Source: Acidimicrobiales bacterium mtb01 (lineage in GTDB: Bacteria > Actinomycetota > Acidimicrobiia > Acidimicrobiales > Ilumatobacteraceae). Taken from it: a DNA stretch of 64,000 nucleotides. The DNA lies in assembly GCA_004379135.1 (NCBI GenBank), contig NBNI01000006.1, positions 249,160 to 313,159 of the forward strand, in the 5' to 3' direction. Made by a program: the position numbers and the translations under genes. The notes under the pieces are model-generated. The model made no database searches. It saw only the letters and a list, made by a program, of their open reading frames with translations, and was not told the DNA's origin. This document shows, in pieces, positions 28,875 to 36,144 of this stretch. Numbering within the stretch: position 1 is the first letter of the stretch; each line of letters begins with the position of its first letter.

Positions 28875-29411
28875 TCAACTGCGTCCGGTTCGCAGCCGAT
28901 CGACTCTCGGCTCACGGTCGCCCACGATCCGAGCCAATCGATTCGACGCCACGGCACGGTCCAGACTCCCCGACTCGGCCATGGCGTCGATGTCGACCCA
29001 GTCCTTGGGGCGGTCGAACAGCGCCTTGAACACAGCCAGATCCTCGGCGCAGAGGATCGTCACCGACCGACCGGCGAACGGAACCTGACGACACCGCTCG
29101 CCCACGTCGTGGTGGAAGTCGCTGGCGACGAAGAACAGGTCGATCGGCGTGTCGTCCCACATCAACCGCACTTGATCGCTCGTCAGAACTTCGTGTCGAC
29201 TCTCATGTCCGACCACCACACCTTCGGGAAGTGCGTTGAACACCACATCAACCGCCGAGGCTCGGACGAAGACGTTCACATCGATGTCGCGCGTACCGCG
29301 CGGCTCGGCCGTGGCGTAAGCCAACGCGAAGGCTCCACCGAATGCCCACGGCACGTCGGCACGATCGAATGCCTCGGCGACCGCCAGGATCTTGTCGACG
29401 AGAGTCGTCAC
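28875..29411 (-). CDS. nucleotidyltransferase-fold protein (AbiEii/MNT-like putative toxin)
   Basis: About 178 aa. The NTase signature is WAFGGAFALAYATAEPRGTRDIDVNVFV. GTG 29411 overlaps the upstream stop as GTGA; the track start, TTG 29414, is in frame. Confidence 0.7.
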   Translation of the reverse strand: MTTLVDKILAVAEAFDRADVPWAFGGAFALAYATAEPRGTRDIDVNVFVRASAVDVVFNALPEGVVVGHESRHEVLTSDQVRLMWDDTPIDLFFVASDFHHDVGERCRQVPFAGRSVTILCAEDLAVFKALFDRPKDWVDIDAMAESGSLDRAVASNRLARIVGDREPRVDRLRTGRS

Positions 29412-29695
29412 CAACGAGCCTCGGCCAGCGGGCGTGGTTGATACGGCAGAGCTTCAGCCAGGTGGAGCACCTGCTCGAGTCGATGGCCCAGCAACCACGG
29501 GTCGCCCACCCGATCGAATCGGATCTCGTAGCCGATTGCCGACACGATTCGTCCCGCAACCTCCAACGAGGGTTGACGGCGTTCGCACTCATATGCGCTG
29601 ACGACCGTCGACGGGATCCCGACCCGCCGGGCGACCTCGGCCTGCGTCAGACCGGCTCGCACCCGCAGATCCCGAAGAGTCCGACCTCGAAACAT
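29408..29695 (-). CDS. XRE-family HTH protein (putative cognate antitoxin)
   Basis: 95 aa from ATG 29695. The HTH is LRVRAGLTQAEVARRVGIPSTVVSAYECERRQPS. Confidence 0.75.
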   Translation of the reverse strand: MFRGRTLRDLRVRAGLTQAEVARRVGIPSTVVSAYECERRQPSLEVAGRIVSAIGYEIRFDRVGDPWLLGHRLEQVLHLAEALPYQPRPLAEARW

Positions 29696-29764
29696 GACGT
29701 CAGGATACTGAATATGAGCGTTTCCGCTTAGTTCACGCTCCTCCCAAATCGCGAACCGTCCCAG

Positions 29765-29808
29765 AAATGTTTCGAGGGCCAGCCTCACGGCTGACCCTCG
29801 AAACATTT
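29765..29808 (-). terminator. long hairpin abutting the att core; probably the ancestral terminator of the tRNA gene, displaced by the island
   Basis: A perfect 14-bp stem (aaatgtttcgaggg / ccctcgaaacattt) plus an inner 5-bp stem (cagcc / ggctg). It starts directly after the duplicated tRNA 3' end. Confidence 0.55.
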
Positions 29809-29824
29809 GGTGGCGGGGAGGGGA
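29807..29824. repeat. attL-type direct repeat (18 bp, TTGGTGGCGGGGAGGGGA)
   Basis: Identical to 42078-42095, which is the 3' end of the tRNA gene. Confidence 0.85.
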
Positions 29825-29864
29825 ACCGTCGCTCCGTTCCTCCCAAATCCGCAGAGCCGCGATC

Positions 29865-29904
29865 AAAATGGAAATGCCGCCCCGAAGGGCGGCATTTCCA
29901 TTTT
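29865..29904. terminator. perfect 18-bp hairpin with a 4-nt loop at the island's left end (bidirectional-terminator-like)
   Basis: aaaatggaaatgccgccc cgaa gggcggcatttccatttt. The A-tract and T-tract are part of the arms. Confidence 0.6.
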
Positions 29905-29967
29905 GGTGGGGTATGCACCGAAGTCGGAAGCCCAGCGTGGGGGCGGGTTCCGGGTCGGTGTGGCGGG

Positions 29968-30001
29968 GATTTCTAACTGAAAATCGACAGATTTCTAACT
30001 G
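29968..30001. repeat. two copies of the 12-bp direct repeat gatttctaactg with 22-bp phasing
   Basis: Copies lie at 29968-29979 and 29990-30001. This is an A/T-rich spot between attL and the first island gene, and a candidate recombinase arm site or regulator site. Confidence 0.6.
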
Positions 30002-30036
30002 CGAGCCGGCGGAGCGTCTGACCGTCGGTTGGTCCC

Positions 30037-30771
30037 TTACTTGTATAGCCCCCGGGCACGGCTGATGGCTTCTCGCCGGATTCGGCTGCGCAGGGCGGGT
30101 TCCTCGAGTGCCTTCTGTCTCGTGGAGTTGATGTCGTCTTCACGCAGCCATTGCAGACAGCTGCCGGCTGCGACGGCCGAATTCCCGCCAGCCCCGATCG
30201 CGGTCTCGACCCAGTTCTCGATGATCTCGATCTCTGCGTCCGCGCTCTCGATGGTGGTCGCGAAGTCGAACACAGGAATGTTCGTACGCGTCAGGTAATG
30301 AGTGAGCCGCTGGAGTGTGAGAGCGATGCCGAAGAGCTCCATCGACGCGATGCGCTTCGCCGGGGCGAGAGATTCCGCATCGACTACCGCGAGCACGTCG
30401 AAGTCGGCTTCCCAGCATTCGACTCTTTCGTCGTCTGGGGTGCCTGTCGGTGGCTGGAGTTCCGGCAGGACCATTTTGTTGAAGTGCCGATCGGTCGGCC
30501 AGATGTTTCGCTTGCTCCCCTTGTTGACCACCGCGACCAGGATCCCGTTGCGCGTGTTGAGGCCGTCGGGGCGCATCGTGCAGGGATGTTGTAAAACGAT
30601 GAAGGTTCGTTCCTCAGGGTTCTGCACCTTGGTGGTGACGTTGATCGCCGCCCGAAAGACGTCACCTGTGGTCACCGGACGATGCAACGGCGTTTCCTCA
30701 CCTCGCCCACGCCAGATCTGCGCGGCCCAGCTGCTGGCCGGGCCCTCGGGGGCATCGAGGTCGACGGGCAT
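30037..30771 (-). CDS. island orphan protein C (244 aa), function unknown
   Basis: Last gene of the three-gene operon, starting 9 nt after the upstream stop. No motif I recognise. The N-terminal half is beta-rich (TTGDVFRAA...FIVLQHPCTMR...ILVAVVNK). Confidence 0.7.
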   Translation of the reverse strand: MPVDLDAPEGPASSWAAQIWRGRGEETPLHRPVTTGDVFRAAINVTTKVQNPEERTFIVLQHPCTMRPDGLNTRNGILVAVVNKGSKRNIWPTDRHFNKMVLPELQPPTGTPDDERVECWEADFDVLAVVDAESLAPAKRIASMELFGIALTLQRLTHYLTRTNIPVFDFATTIESADAEIEIIENWVETAIGAGGNSAVAAGSCLQWLREDDINSTRQKALEEPALRSRIRREAISRARGLYK

Positions 30772-30780
30772 CGTTGCGGG

Positions 30781-31464
30781 TCAGTCCCGGTCGTTGGTGT
30801 CTTTGGAGACGATGGACAGGACACCGTCCGACGCGCGGACAACTTTGAAGTCGCTCCGGTACTTCTCGCGCCAGTTCGGTTCGAACTCCGTGAGGGCATC
30901 CTCGGGTGAGATGTGCGTCGAGACCAGCTCGAGCGCGAGGTCCTCACGGTTGCCGGCAATCAGATCGATGCTCGTCAACGGGCATCCGGTGACGATCGGC
31001 ATCTCCGCCCACGCTGCCGGGTCGACGGTCAGGTGGGTGTCGCTCATCTGTTCGAACAGCGCGTTCAACAACGCGAGGCGTTTGCGGTTCTCTCCCGTGG
31101 CCGGTTCGCCTTTGCGCCACTTTTGAACCGCCGGCACCGAGACCCGCGACATTCTCGCGATGTCTCGCCAAGAGAACCCGAGGTCACTCAGCCGCGAGAG
31201 AAGTTCGGTGACCGCCAATCCCTGCAGCGCCTGGGCGGCTTCGTCAAGGCTTCGTCGACCGAGAACACGATGAACCTCAGTGGCGTCGCTTGCAAGGAAC
31301 GACACCTGACTGCGGATGAGCGCCGCTTTGCCGCTGAGCTCATAGTAAGAGGTCTGCGTCGTCGAGATCGACGGCGCCGGACTGACCTCGAGTGCGCCGG
31401 TCGGCTCGTCAACATCCGTGACAACCCCCGAACCAGCGGTCTTCACCATCGAGTACACACTCAT
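30781..31464 (-). CDS. island multidomain HTH protein B (227 aa)
   Basis: ATG 31464 has GGGGGAGG 6-7 nt upstream and overlaps the upstream stop as ATGA. The central HTH is FSWRDIARMSRVSVPAVQKWRKGE. The flanking N- and C-terminal domains are unassigned. Confidence 0.75.
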   Translation of the reverse strand: MSVYSMVKTAGSGVVTDVDEPTGALEVSPAPSISTTQTSYYELSGKAALIRSQVSFLASDATEVHRVLGRRSLDEAAQALQGLAVTELLSRLSDLGFSWRDIARMSRVSVPAVQKWRKGEPATGENRKRLALLNALFEQMSDTHLTVDPAAWAEMPIVTGCPLTSIDLIAGNREDLALELVSTHISPEDALTEFEPNWREKYRSDFKVVRASDGVLSIVSKDTNDRD

Positions 31465-32252
31465 TCGAACCTCCCCCGCATTGCTTCCCGCATCCGTGGC
31501 GTGACCAGTTTCTCGAACATCTCCGTCAACGGCCGGTGCAGCACGTCGACTTTCTCCAGGACCGCGCCAGCCGAGTACTCCGGAACGTGACCCTCGGCCA
31601 CCCAGTAACTGTCGAAGTCCAGCAGGAAACACTCCGGGTTCGCCGGAAGGTTCACACGCCGCAAAGCCCCGTTCGGATCGACCGCAGGAGCCTCCCTCGG
31701 CCCGTAACGGAGAACCACCGAAGTGCCCTCAGGCGTCACGAACTGTGTCAAGCCTTGCCAGGCAGTCGCAGTGATGTCGTCGATCCCCAGACCCGACGGT
31801 CCGATCAGTTCCGGCACCACCCACTCCCGCCAATCCGTCGAACTGGACGTGACCGCCGGGCGGATCTCGTCGATGAAGCGCAAACCGACCCTCTCAACAC
31901 CACCCGGCGCCAGAACCGTCTCGACCACCGCGACCGCCCGTTCGACCAGCGCCCGGAAACGCTCGTAGCCGGCGTAAGCCGTCGTCTCGACAATCGCCCT
32001 GTCCGGCCAGAAGCTCACACTCGTTGTCTTCTCCCGGTTCCTGAGACGCAGGATCTCGACCGGCTCGACGTGCTGCTGACCACCAGGACCGAGATCTAGA
32101 CGCTGCAGCACCTCGGTCGACCCCAACGGCAGGACATCCTTGAGTTCCGTCCGGAGCCGCCGGAACCCCTCGGCACCCTGGTCAGCGAGCGGAAACCTGA
32201 TCTCACACACAACCAGCGCCAACGGCGCGTTCGGGTAGACCTCGCTGCTCAT
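31461..32252 (-). CDS. island protein A (263 aa), TIGR04255-like uncharacterised family (assigned from memory)
   Basis: ATG 32252. The N-terminus is MSSEVYPNAPLALVVCEIRF, followed by VGLRFIDEI. The longer track ORF (to 32546) overlaps the divergent gene and is rejected. Confidence 0.7.
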   Translation of the reverse strand: MSSEVYPNAPLALVVCEIRFPLADQGAEGFRRLRTELKDVLPLGSTEVLQRLDLGPGGQQHVEPVEILRLRNREKTTSVSFWPDRAIVETTAYAGYERFRALVERAVAVVETVLAPGGVERVGLRFIDEIRPAVTSSSTDWREWVVPELIGPSGLGIDDITATAWQGLTQFVTPEGTSVVLRYGPREAPAVDPNGALRRVNLPANPECFLLDFDSYWVAEGHVPEYSAGAVLEKVDVLHRPLTEMFEKLVTPRMREAMRGRFE

Positions 32253-32402
32253 ACCGCCATCATAGGGCCCGGGAGCAACAACCAAAACAGCAACCACGAC
32301 GGAAACTGTCCGGGTGCTGACCCAAGGGGCAAGCGACCGGTAGAAACCGGACCGGTTCAGCCTTTCGTTGCGGCGACCCTCCATCCCGGGACGATCCCGC
32401 GT

Positions 32403-32705
32403 ATGACACCCCTGGAAAACCCGGTCGGCGTGAGTCAGTTCCTCGACAGCTTTGCGGCCGCATTGGAGGACGGTCTCGGCGTCCCCGCCGCTTTCGCCAA
32501 CGCCGCCTCGGCCAACGGCTTCGACCACACCACGATCGAAGCGCATCTCACGCTCCGGTCGCTCGACGGAAAGCTCACCTGCTCCTCATTGCTCGACGGG
32601 CTGGTCAGCGACGAAATACTCACGGTCATCCGCACCGGAGAGAAGCAGGCAGACGTGATCGGTCACCTCCGTCTCGCCGCGGTCAACGCGCTCCCCGGCA
32701 CCTGA
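32403..32705 (+). CDS. island hypothetical protein (100 aa)
   Basis: ATG start with strong third-position G/C bias in this frame. It is divergent from the three-gene operon. No motif I recognise. Confidence 0.55.
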   Translation: MTPLENPVGVSQFLDSFAAALEDGLGVPAAFANAASANGFDHTTIEAHLTLRSLDGKLTCSSLLDGLVSDEILTVIRTGEKQADVIGHLRLAAVNALPGT

Positions 32706-32882
32706 TCAACTCATCCGCGTCAAAACTCCGGTGCAACCCGGAACTCCGCAGTATCCCTCCGGTTCCTCGAGCATCCTGCCGATACACCTCTCGGTTCGGC
32801 ATCCTCGATTGCCGCAGGACCGGACGTTGCAGCGAAACACGTGCCGAGAGTTGCACTCGGGGCACTTCTCGTCAGTCACCAT
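32706..32882 (-). CDS. 58-aa Cys-rich (8 Cys) zinc-ribbon-like protein, absent from the ORF track
   Basis: My own translation: MVTDEKCPECNSRHVFRCNVRSCGNRGCRTERCIGRMLEEPEGYCGVPGCTGVLTRMS. ATG is the complement of 32880-32882 and TGA the complement of 32706-32708. Third-position G/C is about three quarters by eye. It lies 56 nt downstream of the 197-aa gene. Confidence 0.5.
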   Translation of the reverse strand: MVTDEKCPECNSRHVFRCNVRSCGNRGCRTERCIGRMLEEPEGYCGVPGCTGVLTRMS

Positions 32883-32938
32883 CAGTTCAGATTACTGCGC
32901 CGTCGCGGTGAGCCAGATCAGGTCATCCTCAATCCCGA

Positions 32939-33532
32939 CTACTGATCTAGTGGTGTAAGTGTCCCATGCCGGTCACGGTGCCAGGCCCGGTTGGCACTGT
33001 CGGTGAACCGGACAGCGAGGAGCAACCGGCTGACCGCCAGTTCTGACAGTTCGACTGCGGATACGTAGGAGAACAAGGTGTGGCCCGCCTGCTCCTCAGG
33101 CACGTCAGCGACGTCGAGCACTCGTTCAGGTTCGAGTTTGCAGACCGCAACCTCGCTCGGAGCGACGACCGGTCGCATCGTCGTAAGGATCAGCACGTCA
33201 CCTTTGAACCACTCCAGCTGGACCTTGTAGATCGGCTGGCTGGAACGATTCGCGATCAAGCCGTTGACCGAGACGTTCGTGTACATCCACGCGGACCCGG
33301 CGCCGTCCTTACGTTCAGGTTTGACAACCGCCGGCTCTGCCCACGCAGCGACCTGTGATGCCTGGAGAGCGCGAGTCTCTGCTTCGTGGCGCTCGTCGCG
33401 TTTGCGTTCGATCTCGACGATGTCCCGGGCCCAGCGCCCCGCGAGAACTGCAGCGATGACAGCTGCGACTGTCGCGACGGCCGTGAGCCACGTCGCCACG
33501 TCCCCGTATTGAACACCGTCAAACGACATCAC
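32939..33532 (-). CDS. island membrane-anchored protein (197 aa), function unknown
   Basis: One N-terminal TM helix (VATWLTAVATVAAVIAAVLAG), a charged helix, then a beta-rich domain. Confidence 0.65.
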   Translation of the reverse strand: MMSFDGVQYGDVATWLTAVATVAAVIAAVLAGRWARDIVEIERKRDERHEAETRALQASQVAAWAEPAVVKPERKDGAGSAWMYTNVSVNGLIANRSSQPIYKVQLEWFKGDVLILTTMRPVVAPSEVAVCKLEPERVLDVADVPEEQAGHTLFSYVSAVELSELAVSRLLLAVRFTDSANRAWHRDRHGTLTPLDQ

Positions 33533-33559
33533 GATGGCGATCGTATTTCACGGGTGTGT

Positions 33560-33814
33560 ATGCAATCTGGAGACACCTCGTCACAGTGGCGGGTCCCGTC
33601 CACCGACCGAAAGGCCCACCTGTTGCAACCACCCTCCCCGGACCCGTACCTCACGATGAAGGAAGTTCTCGCCGTGGTCGGAGTCTCACGTTCGACGTTC
33701 TCCAAGTGGCGCAGCGAAGGTCGAGCTCCCGAGATGATCCGCCTTCCCAATGGGGAGCTGCGAATCCGTCTGAGTGTGCTCGAGGCGTGGTTCGATTCTC
33801 TACCTGACGCCTGA
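33560..33814 (+). CDS. excisionase/AlpA-type HTH protein
   Basis: YLTMKEVLAVVGVSRSTFSKWRSEGRAPEMIRLPNGELRIRLSVLEAWF matches the Xis/MerR-type HTH_17 pattern. The start is uncertain (ATG 33560, TTG 33623 or ATG 33656). Confidence 0.7.
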   Translation: MQSGDTSSQWRVPSTDRKAHLLQPPSPDPYLTMKEVLAVVGVSRSTFSKWRSEGRAPEMIRLPNGELRIRLSVLEAWFDSLPDA

Positions 33815-33822
33815 TCGGCCGG

Positions 33823-36144
33823 TTACGCCGCGTCGACGTAGAGCAGTTGCTGGAAACCGCAGAACACTTGGCGGACCTCTGACGCATCGGCGCCGAGCAC
33901 GCCGAGCGCTTCCGCGACCCCTCCGTACTTGATCTCAAGTAGCGGAGGGAGTTTCTCGACCGCGAGCTCCTCGACTCCTTCGCTGACGTACTGGTCAAGC
34001 ACGAACTCGATGAAGTCGCGTTGACGTTCCCCGAACTGTACCCCGATCCGCCGGCGAGCTTTTGTAGCGCGGGACTCGCGAGTTCGCGGTGCCGAGTTGA
34101 AACTGATGTAGGCGAGCACGTCGTAGAGGTCGCTGTCGCGTGCCGAGATCAGTTCCTGGACCTTCTCGAGGTTCTCGACTCCGAAGCCTTTCTCGCCGAG
34201 TTTTGATAACAGCTCGATCCGAGTCAGTGGGTCTCCCCAGATGCGGCGAAGGTCGTCCTCGTCCTTGTAGAACTGCGGAAGTTCCCCGAACAGCCACTTG
34301 AGGAACTCCTCGGCGCTCATCTGCTTGCCGTCAGGTCCCCAGAACGTTGTCTTCATCATAAAGTCGATCTCCCGGCTCGATCCTCCGAGCTCTATGCGGA
34401 TCTTCTTCGGTCGTTCCGGTCCCGGTCCGACCGGCTTGCCCGGTGTCGGGTTGCCGTTCCCGTTGCCGGGTTTCGGTGTCGCCGGTACGGGTTCCTCCGG
34501 TGGACCATCCCATTCCGGGTCGTTGAACATCTCGTGGGCCTTCACGAAATCGTAGATCGTGAAGTAGTCCTTGCCGTCGAAGAGTCGCGTCCCTCGACCG
34601 ATGATCTGCTTGAACTCCACCATCGAAGTGATCGGGCGGAGCAGCACGATGTTGCGCACGTTGAGCGCGTCGACACCGGTCGAGAGTTTCTGCGAGGTCG
34701 TCAGGATCGTCGGGATGCTCTTCTCGTTGTCCTGGAAGTTCCTCAGATGCTGGTCACCCAGGTCGCCATCGTCGGCGGTGACGCGCTGGCAGTAGTTCGG
34801 GTCCTTGCTCGTCTTGATCTGGTTGATCAGGTCCCGCACCAGCAGCGCGTGTTCCTGGGTCGCGCAGAACACCAGCGTCTTCTCGTCCTGGTTGATCAGG
34901 CCCATAAAGATCTCGACGCGTCGACGTTCGCGCGCCACGATCTCGATGCGCTTGTTGAAGTCCGGCTCCCCGTAGGTGCGGCCCTCCTCGATGTCACCGG
35001 CGAGCACCTGGTCGCCCGGAGTGAACGTGTACTCGTCGAGCGTTGTCGAGATCTGGCGCACCCGGAACGGGGTGAGGTACCCGTCGTTGATCCCTTCCTT
35101 CAGTGAGTACGTGTACACCGGCTCACCGAAGTACTTGTAGGTGTCGGCGTTCTCGGTGCGCTTCGGTGTCGCCGTCAAACCGACCTGTACCGCCGGTTCG
35201 AAGTACTCGAGGATCCCGCGCCACTCGCTCTCGTCGTTCGCGCCGCCGCGGTGGCACTCGTCGACGATGATCAGATCGAAGAAGTCCTTCGGGTACTGCC
35301 CGAAGTTCGGCGCCGGGTTCCCATCCGCATCGGTGCCGGACATAAATGTCTGGAAGATCGTGAAGAAGATGCTCCCGTTCGTCGGGACCGACCCTTTCTT
35401 ACTCACGTCCCCGGGGCGGATCCGCACCAGTGCATCGTCGTCGAACGCCGAGAACGAGTTGTACGCCTGGTTCGCGAGGATGTTGCGGTCCGCGAGAAAC
35501 AGGATGCGCGGCCGGCGCTGCTTGTCACCCTGGATGTTCCACTTCGACTGAAAGAGCTTCCACGCCGTCTGGAACGCGATGAACGTCTTGCCGGTTCCGG
35601 TCGCGAGCGTCAGAAGGACACGCTTGTCGCCTTTCGCGATCGCACCGAGGACTCGTTCGACCGCGATGTCCTGGTAGTAGCGACCGCCGAACGTGCCGTT
35701 GCGCGACTCGAACGGCACATCCGTCAGTTCGTGCTCAAGCGTGCTCCCCGCCTCGAACGTCCGCCGCCACAGGTCATCCGGCCCCGGGAACGACGCGATC
35801 TCGCCTTCGGTTCCCTCCTCCATATCGACCTCGTAGAAACCCAGACCGTTCGTCGCGTAGGTGAACCGCACCGAGAGTTTCTCCGCGTACTCCTTGGCCT
35901 GCCCAAGACCTTCCGTCAGCGGCTTGCTCTCCGCTTTCGCCTCGATCACTGCGAGCTTGCGGTTGCGGTAGTAGAGGACGTAGTCCGCGATCAGCTGCTT
36001 CTGCGGACGTCCCACTCCTTCGATGCGCCCCGGTGCGATCACGTACTCGCGGGTCACCCGCGAATGCTCGACCTTCCCCCAGCCGGCAGCGACCAGCGCC
36101 GGGTCGATCAGATCGCCCCGAGTGTCTGCTTCGTTGCGCGCCAC
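33823..36144 (-). CDS. hsdR: type I restriction enzyme R subunit
   Basis: 773 aa. The HSDR_N-like nuclease N-terminus is EADTRGDLIDPALVAAGW...VIEAKA. Helicase motifs are LATGTGKTF and IIVDECHRG (DEAH), with an EcoEI-R-like C-terminus. The GTG start overlaps the hsdS stop by 1 nt. Confidence 0.93.
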   Translation of the reverse strand: MARNEADTRGDLIDPALVAAGWGKVEHSRVTREYVIAPGRIEGVGRPQKQLIADYVLYYRNRKLAVIEAKAESKPLTEGLGQAKEYAEKLSVRFTYATNGLGFYEVDMEEGTEGEIASFPGPDDLWRRTFEAGSTLEHELTDVPFESRNGTFGGRYYQDIAVERVLGAIAKGDKRVLLTLATGTGKTFIAFQTAWKLFQSKWNIQGDKQRRPRILFLADRNILANQAYNSFSAFDDDALVRIRPGDVSKKGSVPTNGSIFFTIFQTFMSGTDADGNPAPNFGQYPKDFFDLIIVDECHRGGANDESEWRGILEYFEPAVQVGLTATPKRTENADTYKYFGEPVYTYSLKEGINDGYLTPFRVRQISTTLDEYTFTPGDQVLAGDIEEGRTYGEPDFNKRIEIVARERRRVEIFMGLINQDEKTLVFCATQEHALLVRDLINQIKTSKDPNYCQRVTADDGDLGDQHLRNFQDNEKSIPTILTTSQKLSTGVDALNVRNIVLLRPITSMVEFKQIIGRGTRLFDGKDYFTIYDFVKAHEMFNDPEWDGPPEEPVPATPKPGNGNGNPTPGKPVGPGPERPKKIRIELGGSSREIDFMMKTTFWGPDGKQMSAEEFLKWLFGELPQFYKDEDDLRRIWGDPLTRIELLSKLGEKGFGVENLEKVQELISARDSDLYDVLAYISFNSAPRTRESRATKARRRIGVQFGERQRDFIEFVLDQYVSEGVEELAVEKLPPLLEIKYGGVAEALGVLGADASEVRQVFCGFQQLLYVDAA

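Noticed and set aside
29959-29972. Third partial copy of the att core (gtggcggggattt versus tRNA gtggcggggaggggattt)
   Set aside because: Only 10 contiguous matching bases plus ttt. This is plausible as a degenerate att remnant but too short to claim. It is mentioned under the structured left-end finding.
32260-32635. Minus-strand ORFs 32260..32463 and 32435..32635 between the island operons
   Set aside because: They have a poor, low-complexity Ser/Ala/Pro/Arg-rich composition. They overlap the better-supported plus-strand 100-aa ORF and the promoter region of the three-gene operon.
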